DNA from: Strigamia acuminata | Lineage: Eukaryota | Assembly: GCA_949358305.1 (NCBI GenBank) | Contig: OX442314.1 | Location: 7,688,001-7,752,000, forward strand | Direction: 5' to 3' | DNA length: 64,000 nucleotides | In this document: one piece after another, positions 23,925 through 34,046 of the stretch | Position numbering within the stretch: position 1 is the first letter of the stretch | How the letters are laid out: each line of letters starts with the position of its first letter | Program-made: the position numbers and the translations under genes | The notes under the pieces: model-generated | The model's database searches: none | What the model saw: only the letters and a program-made list of their open reading frames with translations | Told to the model about the DNA's origin: nothing

Positions 23925-24706
23925 ACAAACAACGTGGGAAAAACAGGCAGAGTGAAGAGAAACATTTCAAGTCAACCACAGGTGAAAAAGTGGGCGTTTC
24001 TCCTCAAAATCCAAGATGGCGGCGCCCATGAGGAAAGTCAGCAACCTGTGTTCCAGCCAAGAATCTACGGTTTCACGAGCGATTATTGGCCATCAAGCGA
24101 TGCAGGAACACTAAACGGGTTCGAACATTATAGAACATTTATTTAATACGTTTATTTTGGCCATTTTCGGACGATTTCCCCGAATATCGCGAGGCGCGAT
24201 ACGTAACGTCGACGTGGCGTTAATTTTCGCCGAGAAAACAACTCGACGACAAATACGCAAGGACGACGACGCTCGACAACCACACGGGAAGTGTGAACGA
24301 GCAATAAACGAACGGGAATTGCCAGAAACGAGAAAATTCTCGAAGGAACTGAATTTTTCGAGGCGAAAAAGACAGAAAAACGAGGGAAAATCAACAATAC
24401 GACGATTTTTCTCAACCACACGTGAAGTGTGATTCCAGGCTGTCGATACAGAACAAGCATTTAATCTACAGCAGGAAGACAACACATATGAACTATTTAT
24501 TTCGTTTATTTCGTTTTATTTTCGAATATATTGTTGAATACCATTATTAGCTTAGTGTTGTTACTAGGATACACTAACATAGTATTAAGAGCGAACTAAC
24601 ATCGCAACACTGCACCCAGTTGCGATTACCAGTATTTCAAAGTGTTTTTGAGCGAATTTGTGCGTGTTTTTGCTGTGTTTCTGGTGTGTTGGACACTAAA
24701 TCCACA

Positions 24707-27700
24707 ATGGACACGGAAAAACTCGACCGGAAGATTACACTTTTGAATAGGACGAACTATGATACGTGGAAACAGCAAATCAAAGTGCTGTTGATGCACC
24801 ACGGATGTTGGGCCTTCACCGATGGCACACAAGAAGCGCTAGCACCGGGAGCATCTTGGCGAGATCGCTCGGACTTTCAACTGCAAAAGGGGCGAGCTTT
24901 CAGCCTAATTTATTACGCCATTGAGGAGCAATATCACGAATTGCTCAGCGGGACCGAGGACGCGAAAACAGCGTGGGATACGCTGAAAACTAACTTCGAA
25001 CCGGTCTCGAGGGCGAGAATTATACGTCTGTTGGACGAATTCTTCAATTTAAAATACGATCCAGCGACGGAGACGATCGGCGTATTCGCGGCGAAGATAC
25101 GCAATGCAGCAAAGCGATTAGCCGACGTCAAACACGACTTGGACAATTTGTATCAGGCATTCCAGCTCATCCGATACCTGCCACAAGAATACCAGTCAAT
25201 TGTGCAGAGTATTTATCGATGGGACGATAAGGATTTCACACTGGAAAAGGTTGAAGCGGAATTGGTCGCTGAGGAGGGCAGACTCGCGCAACAACGCAGA
25301 GATTCGGGCCAAGCGCCAATCACGGACGCTTTCAACATGGGAACTAGCACAAAGAGCAACGATAATTCGTCTAAATCCCAACAACAGCAAGGGAATAGCA
25401 GCCAAAACAACCGAGGCGGACAAAGGGGCGGCAAATCGAATTATCGAGGCGGCAAAAATTCGCGGAATTTCCGAGGAAATGCGACCGGATCATCACCACG
25501 GGGGCCGTGTTTTCGGTGCAATCAACCAGGGCACTGGGCAAGGGATTGCACAGCACAATTACCGTCGAATAACAGCCAGAACACAAATACAGCGGAAGAA
25601 TTGGACACAAACATGTTCGATGTCGGTTTTCTCACCGAGTTGAGCGAAGAAGAGATGTTACAGTGCAGCGCAGCCAACAACTGTTGGATCTACGACACCG
25701 GGGCCACTGGACATTTTTGTAAAGATAGGAACCAGTTCTTCAATTTCAAGGAAACCACAGGGACAATAAGCCAAGCGGATAAGAAGACTTTAATTCAGAT
25801 TCAAGGCGTCGGGGACGTTTGCGTGATGTGTTTGGTTGGAAGTGAGACAATTCCAATCACATTGAAGAAGGTTTATTATGCGCCGGACATGCGACGAAAT
25901 TTGTTGTCGGGACCGTGCATCGACGAAGCACGATGCAAAGTCGCCGTTGGCTCGGGCTTGGTGAAGATATACGATCCTCAGTGGAAGAGACAGCTGATGG
26001 AAGGCGTGAAGAAGGATCGTTTATATTATATCAAGCTGAGCGACCAGAAGCCGGACTTTGAGAAGTTACGACAAAAAGCGAATAACAAGGCGAACGCCGG
26101 CGAACAAAAGAAACCAGAGCCAACTATTTCAACACAGAGCACAACGAAGAGTGCGTCTAATCCTGAGGAAGCAAGACTTTGGCATGAGCGGCTCGGACAC
26201 ATCTACTTTCCTAGCGTCCAAGCAATGAGCAAAGGAGGTGCAGTAATTGGGTTGCCAATTTTGGACGTGCCAATTACACAATGCGACGTTTGCACATTAG
26301 CCAAGAAGAAGGCGATTCCTCATAAGTCGTTGCCAGGAATTAGATCGACAGAGCCACTCCAATTGCTACACATGGATGTATGTGGAGCATTTAGTACACC
26401 AACACTCTCGGGAAACATATACTTCTTAACTATCACGGACGACTTCTCTCGTTACTCGACAGTGTACTTAATGAAGAAGAAGGACGAAGTTTTTGACATT
26501 TTCCAGAAACACGTGAAACGAATAGAACGATTGCTTGGGAAATCGGTCCTTGCAATTCGTACGGATAACGGTATGGAGTTCTGCTCAAACAAGTTTGGAG
26601 AGTATCTCCAAGGTCTAGGAATCGCTCACGAGAGGACTAATGCGTACACTCCAGTCCAAAATGGCGTTTCCGAGAGACTCAACCAGACATTAGCGAATGG
26701 AATGCGAGCGCTTGTGTACGATGCCGGCTTGGAACATCGATTCTGGGGAGAGGCCATCCTGACTTTCAACTATCTCAGGAATAGAATCGCAAAGCTGAAT
26801 TCGGACAAGACGCCGATGGAATTGTATTACGGACGGAAACCATCACTTAGACATTTGAGAAAATTCGGGAGTTTATGCTTTGTGCAGAAAAGAATTCGAG
26901 ATGGCAAAATCGACAACAAGAGTCTGCATGGCATTATGCTCGGGTATTCAAGAATCACGAAAGGATATAGAGTGTGGCTGCCGGAGTTTTCCAAAGTAAT
27001 TGAAACCAACGACGTGAAGTTCGTGGAGAGCAGGCGCGGTGTTGAAGGCGTGCTGGGCCTACCAGAAAAATACACGACATACATCGATAATTTGGACGAC
27101 AACTTGGACATTGACAATGAGCGCCAATATTATTCGGATGAAGATGTCAGGCCGCCGCTACCCCCGCCAGTACCAGTTAAGAGGAAGGAAGATCCACAAC
27201 TGGAATTGCCTCCAGTTAAACTGAAGTTTAGATTGCCAGATGAAAAATTGCATCATAATCTACCAGAAGTGAAGTTGCAAGGCACTTTGCCACAACCCGG
27301 ACAAGGACTTTTGAATCCAGTTCCAACTATTCCTGCACTAGTTTGGAAGAAAACGGAGAAAGTCAGACCGACCGGACAGAGGGATGTCGAGTACACAATC
27401 GAGGGCTACGACAAGCCCAAGTTACGCTCGATACCCGACGTGAAGCGGTATTGTACTGATCACAATCTTCGCGTACCAGAGCATCTGTTTGAGGACAAAA
27501 GAAAGAAGAAGCCCTCAGAATCGAATACGACAACGGATAGTCTTGACGTGGACTTTGACGATATCATTATCAACTTCGAGGCCAATCACCTAGAGGTCCA
27601 CGTACCCGTTCGTTATGAGGAAATTGCGACTTTACCCGAGAAGAATGAATGGCGCCAGGCGATGAACGACGAGATTGACACCATGCATGAGCGCGAGGTT

Positions 27701-29176
27701 TGGGAACTTGTTCCACCGCCGCCCAACACTAAGATAGTGGGTTGCAGATGGATTTATACGACCAAACAGAACGAAGAGGGAGAAATTGCACGTTATAAGG
27801 CGAGACTTGTCGCGCAAGGGTTTTCCCAAGTCTACGGCGAATCCTATGAGGAGACATTCTCACCCGTGGTAGACTTTTCAATCGTGCGCTTTATGTTCAC
27901 GCTACTCGTCTGTATGCTCAAATGGTCGTACATTCAGGCAGACGTTAAGTGTGCATACCTTTATGCAAAATTGCATAAAACAGTCTACATGCGCCAGCCA
28001 AAAGGCTTCATCATTGAAGGCAAGGAGAACTATGTCTGCAGACTCCTCCGAGCCATCTATGGCTTGCACCAGTCTGGAAGAGAATGGGGAATAGAACTGG
28101 AGGAGACTTTATTGAAATTAGGACTAGAACACGTCAATTGGTGCAATTGCGTTTATAAATACGGAAATGTTGCGTATTTAATCGTCTACGTTGACGATAT
28201 CGTTGTCTTCGGAAAGCAGTACGAAGATGCGATGAAAATACTCAACATGATTGGAACGCAATTCGATTTAGTGATTCTCGGACAAACGAAGAAGTTGCTA
28301 GGAGTCGAATTTCACTCGCACAAACAACAATTGGTTCTACATCAAAGATCGTACGTGAACAAAGTGTTGTTGAAATTCAAAAATCACTTGGAACAGGTGA
28401 AGATTCGATCTCAACCGATGACGAAAGCAACTGTTCTCACGAAACGAGATTGTCCAGACACAATTGATGAATTCAAAGTCATGGAAGGAATTCCATATAG
28501 GAGCTTACTTGGATGTTTAGCATTCATCGCGTCGAGAACAAGGCCCGACATGACTTATGCAGTGAACATCCTGAGCCAATTTCAATCGAATCCAGGGTGG
28601 GACCACTGGATTGCGCTGCTGGACTTACTCAGTTATCTGAGAACAACAAGAAACCACGGATTAATGTTGTTCCCGAATAGTCGGATCGAGGTAATCGGAT
28701 ACAGCGACTCCGATTATGCGAACAACAGAGATGACCGAATTTCCGTTGGAGGAACACTAGTGACTTTGGGTAGCACACCCATCTACTGGCGGACCTTTAA
28801 ACAACGGAACGTGACACTGTCAACGATGGAGGCGGAGTACGTAGCCCTCACAGAAACTGTTAAGGACTATATTTGGATTGTTCGTGTTCTGCACAAAATA
28901 TCCCCAGAATTGGCTGGAAGATTCTCTCATTATGTCATGTGCGACAACATATCAGCAGTGGACTTCACAAAATCTTGTGTCGAGAACAGGAAAACAAAGC
29001 ACATTGACATCCGTTACCATTTTATAAGAGAACTTGTTAAAAGAGATAATCTTCTAATCGTTCACGTAGGCACAAAGTCCAATCATGCCGACATTTTTAC
29101 AAAGTCAGTTGACAAAGCTGACTTGGTAAAGTTTTGCGATCGCTTCTTAGTTGATTTGAGCACCTTGCGGGCTTAA
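24707..29176 (+). CDS. Copia Gag-Pol polyprotein with divergent MBD-like domain; first ATG at 24707
   Basis: CFRCNQPGHWARDC; WIYDTGAT; WHERLGH; RTDNGMEF; WKKTEKVRPTGQRDVEY...KLRSIPDV; IVYVDDI; YSDSDYA; NHADIFTK. Confidence 0.95.
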   Translation: MDTEKLDRKITLLNRTNYDTWKQQIKVLLMHHGCWAFTDGTQEALAPGASWRDRSDFQLQKGRAFSLIYYAIEEQYHELLSGTEDAKTAWDTLKTNFEPVSRARIIRLLDEFFNLKYDPATETIGVFAAKIRNAAKRLADVKHDLDNLYQAFQLIRYLPQEYQSIVQSIYRWDDKDFTLEKVEAELVAEEGRLAQQRRDSGQAPITDAFNMGTSTKSNDNSSKSQQQQGNSSQNNRGGQRGGKSNYRGGKNSRNFRGNATGSSPRGPCFRCNQPGHWARDCTAQLPSNNSQNTNTAEELDTNMFDVGFLTELSEEEMLQCSAANNCWIYDTGATGHFCKDRNQFFNFKETTGTISQADKKTLIQIQGVGDVCVMCLVGSETIPITLKKVYYAPDMRRNLLSGPCIDEARCKVAVGSGLVKIYDPQWKRQLMEGVKKDRLYYIKLSDQKPDFEKLRQKANNKANAGEQKKPEPTISTQSTTKSASNPEEARLWHERLGHIYFPSVQAMSKGGAVIGLPILDVPITQCDVCTLAKKKAIPHKSLPGIRSTEPLQLLHMDVCGAFSTPTLSGNIYFLTITDDFSRYSTVYLMKKKDEVFDIFQKHVKRIERLLGKSVLAIRTDNGMEFCSNKFGEYLQGLGIAHERTNAYTPVQNGVSERLNQTLANGMRALVYDAGLEHRFWGEAILTFNYLRNRIAKLNSDKTPMELYYGRKPSLRHLRKFGSLCFVQKRIRDGKIDNKSLHGIMLGYSRITKGYRVWLPEFSKVIETNDVKFVESRRGVEGVLGLPEKYTTYIDNLDDNLDIDNERQYYSDEDVRPPLPPPVPVKRKEDPQLELPPVKLKFRLPDEKLHHNLPEVKLQGTLPQPGQGLLNPVPTIPALVWKKTEKVRPTGQRDVEYTIEGYDKPKLRSIPDVKRYCTDHNLRVPEHLFEDKRKKKPSESNTTTDSLDVDFDDIIINFEANHLEVHVPVRYEEIATLPEKNEWRQAMNDEIDTMHEREVWELVPPPPNTKIVGCRWIYTTKQNEEGEIARYKARLVAQGFSQVYGESYEETFSPVVDFSIVRFMFTLLVCMLKWSYIQADVKCAYLYAKLHKTVYMRQPKGFIIEGKENYVCRLLRAIYGLHQSGREWGIELEETLLKLGLEHVNWCNCVYKYGNVAYLIVYVDDIVVFGKQYEDAMKILNMIGTQFDLVILGQTKKLLGVEFHSHKQQLVLHQRSYVNKVLLKFKNHLEQVKIRSQPMTKATVLTKRDCPDTIDEFKVMEGIPYRSLLGCLAFIASRTRPDMTYAVNILSQFQSNPGWDHWIALLDLLSYLRTTRNHGLMLFPNSRIEVIGYSDSDYANNRDDRISVGGTLVTLGSTPIYWRTFKQRNVTLSTMEAEYVALTETVKDYIWIVRVLHKISPELAGRFSHYVMCDNISAVDFTKSCVENRKTKHIDIRYHFIRELVKRDNLLIVHVGTKSNHADIFTKSVDKADLVKFCDRFLVDLSTLRA

Positions 29177-29701
29177 TAAGGAATGAGATAATACGGGGGG
29201 CCGAATGTTAAGATATAATGTATTTTGATAAGTAATCACTATTTACAACATGCGTGCATATATATCTTTGCGTATTATCATGTAACTAAGTGTTAGTGTA
29301 TGTGTTTGGCCAACGCGAGTGATCGCAATGTTTGTTTACATACAGTGTCTGTATGCTGCCTACAGGTGGCGCCTTTTTGCATTGAGGTCATGTGACCAAT
29401 CAATAAAGATCACTTGATGTTTTGGTTCTCACCTGTTAACATGATGTCTCTTTCTTTCACCTGATGTGTTTTTCCAATCCACTACATTTGTCACTATTTG
29501 CAGAAGTTTGCAACACTATTTAACAAGTTCGGCCCAATTGCCGTCTGTCTTGTTCTTCGTCCTCACTTGCATGCCTCTCAGTGTCACTTTTTCTTCTTTC
29601 TCTGGTGCGGACTGGGCTCGGTCTTTGACTTGGGCATCAAGTATGGCGTGACCGGCAGGTCCAGTATGGAATTTCTTCTTCCTTGTTATTTCCTCGGCTT
29701 T

Positions 29702-29755
29702 CGCAGACGAAGTCGATTCTATTTCTTCGACGACGCCTGCGCTTGGCAGTTTTTT
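29702..29755 (-). promoter_or_regulatory. -1 programmed ribosomal frameshift signal, Gypsy-B gag/pol
   Basis: A AAA AAC at 29755-29749, 7-nt spacer, hairpin CGCAGGCG..GTCGA/TCGAC..CGTCTGCG; the -1 frame is open into pol. Confidence 0.85.
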
Positions 29756-32700
29756 GCCAGGGCGATATTTAACTCGGCCATCATCTTCATCATAGTCTGT
29801 GTTTCACTAGTAATTTTGGCCGTTTTTTCGCATTTGTCGGAATAATGGCCGTATTCCCCACAGCTGTAGCATTTGATGTTGCTTTTGTCGCCCGTGGGTG
29901 TGAAGCCCGGTTTTTTCGGGACGAATGCTGTTGGGAACCGTCTCTTTAGGCCCGGCGCCCCTTTTTCCTTGGTGGCTCGGGCGTGGGCTCTGAATTGGGT
30001 GATGGCTAGCGCTCGGTGCGCGTGATGAAGGTACGGGCCTTGGTCGTCGCACCCCGTCGATAAGTTTTCGAGGTGTTCGTGCAGGTCGTCTTCATCGCTT
30101 GATTCCTCTGCCGGCTCGGCGACCGCTGCGGGAAGTGACGCTTCTTCTGCTTTTGCCGAGGTGGCTAAGTCAGTCGAGGTCACCTGCATCGCCGTAGTCG
30201 TCGGAGCTTTCTTTGGGGCAGCAATCGGGTTGCTTGGGAGCGTCATACCGGTTTTTGGTGTTAACGTCCGTCCCGAAGACGCCTCAGTGAGGCTCATTAT
30301 GCCGCTGAGGTATTCGCTCGGTCTCATTAGTTTCTCGGAAGCTTTATGGCGTTCGGCGCTGGTGATCAGTCGCTTTTCGTGGGCTTCCGCCTCTTCGGGT
30401 GGCAGCGAGGCGTAGTACCTTTGTTCTATCTCCAGCGTATTGGTTAGGAGATAATTACTGACATCCCGGTAGTTGCCAGTGCGGGGAGCACGTATGTCCA
30501 GCAATATTCGTTGTGAATGTGCGGACAATCCCCCATAGAAAATCATCGTAAACCCGGCAGGGTTAATTTCGTACGGTGCTCGGGCGAAGAGTAATTTCGC
30601 TCGGGCGTCGTAGTCGGCGAGTGTTTCACCTGGGGCTTGACGGAGGCCTCGCAATTTGTTGCTGATCTCGTCTGGTGTCTCGCCGTATCGAAGGTCGAAA
30701 CGGACGAGAAAGTCGTCCCAGGTCGGATTTTTCAGTCCTTGGTACCACTCGCGGGCTGATCCGGTGGTTAACTCCACTAGGCCGTGTGTAAGCATATCGG
30801 CGACGGTCGCCTTTGTAGCTTTCTTAATTCTCATGACTTCGTCGAGGAAGCGGTCTCCCGCTTTCCACGAACCGTCGAATCGCGTTTGTACGTAGTGTTG
30901 CCAGCGGATGTTGCCCGTGGCTTCGGCCGCTGGTTCGTTACGCACGCCATATTTGCGTTTGACCCTTTCACCGGCGCGGTTATGTTCATCTCCGGGGTGG
31001 CCTAAGTCGATTCCTTCCTTTCGGAAAGAGTTCAATAAGGCACGTCCCAGTTCAGCCATTGTATATTGTCGGCCGGCAGAGTCCTGGAAATTTCCCTCCT
31101 GTATGGAAGGGCGAGAGCTGTGTGAAGATCGGTTGGAGGCATTCGGTCGGTCCGAATGGTGCTGGTTGCTGCCGCGGCTCTCTCGGTGCGATCTGGATGA
31201 CGGTCGACTTTGGTCGTCGTCGTTTGATGAATCAGAGGGGTCGGAAGGGTCGCCTTGTGGGTGATCTCTTGGTCCCTTCGGGGGGACTTCTTCGCCATCC
31301 CGTGATTTCTTCGAGCCTCCGGAGGGCGGCGGCTCCTTTTCGTCGCTGCTCCCGTAAAAAGAATGCCATTTATTCTCTTCGCTTCCTGGGCGCTCGCGGT
31401 CCTTATTCGCGTTCTTTTTGTTAAGCAACGCGTCGATTGCGGCGCTTCTTTCGGATCGTTTCGAGGGGTTACGGTTTCTGGATTTTCTATCCGGTTGGTC
31501 GTCTTCCTGTGACTTCCTCTTTTTTGTTTCGGCGTTGGAACCACTGGTGGGCTCTTTGTCCGTTTCCGGATCCTCTTTTTTATTCCTCTCCGAAACGTCC
31601 GGCTCGTACTCTCTTTGGAATTTCTCTGTTTCCTTTTCCCAGTTTTCGGCTTCCCATCGTTTTTGCTCGTCAATTATCGCTTTTTTCTTAGCTTGGTACT
31701 CGTCGGTCCATCTGTACCGCTCCCACTCTTCCTTTTCTCGAAGAAATTGCTCCTTTTCTCTCCTTGCTTTTTCGGCTTTCATTCTTTCATGGTACTGTTC
31801 TTCCCATTTTTGGTGTTGCAGTTGAGCTTCCTCTCGGAGTTTCTGCAGCTTTTCGGCCTTTCTCTGGGCCAGGAGAGCTCGAAATTGGTCTTCGTAGTCT
31901 TGAGCCTCTTTATGTCTTCCCTCGACGGTGGCATCCCATTCTTGCCGTAATCTTTCTTCTTCTTCGTTCCAAAGTCCTCTCCTCTCAGCGCTTACTCTAC
32001 GCTGACGATTTATCGTTTCCTGCCTCGATTCTTCTCGGGCTTTCTCCCGAGATTCGTGAAGGGCTTTGTGAGGGTCGGGCACGAAGTTACCTACGTCACT
32101 CGGCGTTTCTTGCGCTACAGGCGTCTCCGCCGCTGGTCTTGCGACTGGCGTCGGGGCCTGTGCTGCGCAAATCGCTTTAGTGAGTATAGTAATCGAGTCC
32201 CAAACTGACGTTCCCGGCGGAATATCGGTTACTGCTTTCAGTCGGGCTGCCTGTTGCGATAGGTGAATTAAATGGGCTACCTCGGGGGAAACCGGGGCAG
32301 GTCTCGCCGAGGCACGGGAGGCCATCGGGGTCCCGCTCGTGTTTCTCGCCGGAGTTTCATTTAAGGGGGCCGAATGGTGGCTTTGTGTTGGTGATGGGTT
32401 GCTGTCGACTGTGGTTGTTCGCCTCGGAGTTTCCGTCTTCTCCTCGGCTACCAGTATCGGCACTCGTCCTGTCGTTGTATCGCGAATTTCTTCTTGATTT
32501 TCTAGGACTTCCGTATCGGTATCTTCGACAAAGGGCATATCTGAGGAGAGCGGCTCTCGCTCGGGCTCGGTTAGGGCCTCGAGCGAAGCAGCTGCTTCCT
32601 CTTTCTGCGCCTTTGCTTTCCTCCGATTCGCTCGGGCTTTCGCCTTCGCGGATTGTTCGGGAACCGGGCCACCCGACCTTAAGTTATAGTCGGAGGTCCG

Positions 32701-32763
32701 TTTTCCCTTTTCGAGCGTAGGTCGCTCGTTATCAGACGCGGATTGTTCATCTTGGTCTGACAT
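29719..32763 (-). CDS. gag: Gypsy-B Gag, 1014 aa, with long charged/disordered N-terminal extension
   Basis: Retrotransposon gag core (TGSAREWY...LRQAPGETLADY) and CYSCGEYGHYSDKC knuckle. Confidence 0.9.
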   Translation of the reverse strand: MSDQDEQSASDNERPTLEKGKRTSDYNLRSGGPVPEQSAKAKARANRRKAKAQKEEAAASLEALTEPEREPLSSDMPFVEDTDTEVLENQEEIRDTTTGRVPILVAEEKTETPRRTTTVDSNPSPTQSHHSAPLNETPARNTSGTPMASRASARPAPVSPEVAHLIHLSQQAARLKAVTDIPPGTSVWDSITILTKAICAAQAPTPVARPAAETPVAQETPSDVGNFVPDPHKALHESREKAREESRQETINRQRRVSAERRGLWNEEEERLRQEWDATVEGRHKEAQDYEDQFRALLAQRKAEKLQKLREEAQLQHQKWEEQYHERMKAEKARREKEQFLREKEEWERYRWTDEYQAKKKAIIDEQKRWEAENWEKETEKFQREYEPDVSERNKKEDPETDKEPTSGSNAETKKRKSQEDDQPDRKSRNRNPSKRSERSAAIDALLNKKNANKDRERPGSEENKWHSFYGSSDEKEPPPSGGSKKSRDGEEVPPKGPRDHPQGDPSDPSDSSNDDDQSRPSSRSHRESRGSNQHHSDRPNASNRSSHSSRPSIQEGNFQDSAGRQYTMAELGRALLNSFRKEGIDLGHPGDEHNRAGERVKRKYGVRNEPAAEATGNIRWQHYVQTRFDGSWKAGDRFLDEVMRIKKATKATVADMLTHGLVELTTGSAREWYQGLKNPTWDDFLVRFDLRYGETPDEISNKLRGLRQAPGETLADYDARAKLLFARAPYEINPAGFTMIFYGGLSAHSQRILLDIRAPRTGNYRDVSNYLLTNTLEIEQRYYASLPPEEAEAHEKRLITSAERHKASEKLMRPSEYLSGIMSLTEASSGRTLTPKTGMTLPSNPIAAPKKAPTTTAMQVTSTDLATSAKAEEASLPAAVAEPAEESSDEDDLHEHLENLSTGCDDQGPYLHHAHRALAITQFRAHARATKEKGAPGLKRRFPTAFVPKKPGFTPTGDKSNIKCYSCGEYGHYSDKCEKTAKITSETQTMMKMMAELNIALAKNCQAQASSKK

Positions 32764-32838
32764 TTCTTTGAGTAATTCTTCGATTTGGGTTATTATATTA
32801 AATGAGAGATCACAAGTTCAGTTGAGATTTATTTCTAA

Positions 32839-32856
32839 ATCCCGGACGGGCCCCCA
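32839..32856 (-). promoter_or_regulatory. Primer binding site, tRNA-Pro
   Basis: Minus strand TGGGGGCCCGTCCGGGAT, one mismatch to the canonical TGGGGGCTCGTCCGGGAT. Confidence 0.85.
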
Positions 32857-32858
32857 CG

Positions 32859-33676
32859 TGTCGCGTCCTACCTGGTGATAGGTTTAATGAGCTAACGTGT
32901 ATTACTTTACCTGTGATTCTACTAAATATGTAAATTACCCAAATGAATACTAAGTATATTTAAATGAACAAATAGGTTTATTCAATAGGCGTAAGCCTTA
33001 AAATACACTCAGTATAGAACTAGAGTCGACTTGGTCAGAGTCGAACAAAGGATTTCCCAAGATGGCGTCGTCGGTTCCGCGTGGTCGGCGGAACAAAGGC
33101 GGCGTCTCGAGTTGTCGTAAATTCGTCACGGATTCGTCGTTCACGGACGCGGTGGAATGCTCTTTCGAGTCTTCTATCCGTGCCTGTTGTCTAGGGGTTG
33201 GTTTTAGCGTCGCAAGGCTCTGTCCAGAAACGTGGAGTTTCTTACAGCGCGCTCGGACACTTCGCAATGGAAATAATCGTGGGTCGATTATTTGGTGTGA
33301 ATTCACAAGGGTTAGTTTCCTGCTTTCGCGGGAAATAAACGCACAGTGTAAATTCGTGAGAGTTACAGTTGCACTGGAATCAGCGGTCCTCGATCAATCC
33401 TAACTTTTGGTGGAGTTGGCCTGACGGTGAGGTAGTTGCTGTGTTCTTGGTGTCGTTTGTGTAAGTTCTGTTCTTAGGGCGCGAAACTCTACCTGATATA
33501 GGCCAGGGTGAGGGGCCTGGCTCGGCCAATGGGGGCCGTCCACGCATCACCTCACCCCCTCGGGGCACGCGCTTCCCAGGGGGAGAAGGCGGAGCCAGCG
33601 CGAGGGAACTGACCTTTCTTAGTGACTCATGCGGATGGCGTCCACTGGAGGGACGACCACCCGCGGGGTCACCACA
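32859..33676 (-). repeat. 5' LTR of Gypsy-B
   Basis: Near-identical to 8699-9516 and adjacent to the PBS. Confidence 0.95.
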
Positions 33677-34046
33677 GTATATATCTCCGCTGTTAGTAGT
33701 TTCCATCTGCGATATTTTCTCTTTACATTTAAATTTCATTCCACTGTTGATCAATCATTCCTAGATGTAAAAAATGCCTTGGGAAAATAATTGACAGTTG
33801 TGGTTGATTACTAACCACAACTACCGTCTTAACCCGAATAGTACTGGATCGTGTTGTATTCGAGTTTCTCAAAAAATCGCTGATTTGCAACCATGGTCAA
33901 AAAATTCGAATTGAGATTCGAATCAGATTTTGTCCTAAATTCTTAAAAATTAAAGCAACAACACAATATAAATGGGAGAAAAGTCTTTATTTTTGGTTTG
34001 TGTACAAAATCAATGGTTAGAGACACATGTATACAACCATAAAACG

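Larger units (their letters stand above)
23593..29525 (+). mobile_element. Copia-2 (CopiaMBD-type) LTR retrotransposon, intact, nested in Gypsy-B pol
   Basis: 320-bp LTRs at 23593-23912 and 29206-29525; 5-bp TSD AGTTC; PBS GGTTATGGGCC; G-run PPT at about 29195-29200. Confidence 0.96.
8699..33676 (-). mobile_element. Gypsy-B full-length LTR retrotransposon hosting two nested Copia elements
   Basis: 818-bp LTRs at 8699-9516 and 32859-33676; 4-bp TSD GTAT (8695-8698, 33677-33680); tRNA-Pro PBS; PPT; gag; pol in PR-RT-RH-IN order. Confidence 0.96.

Noticed and set aside
24620..24706. ORF-track N-terminal extension of Copia-2
   Set aside because: Begins at TTG; ATG 24707 gives a typical Copia Gag start
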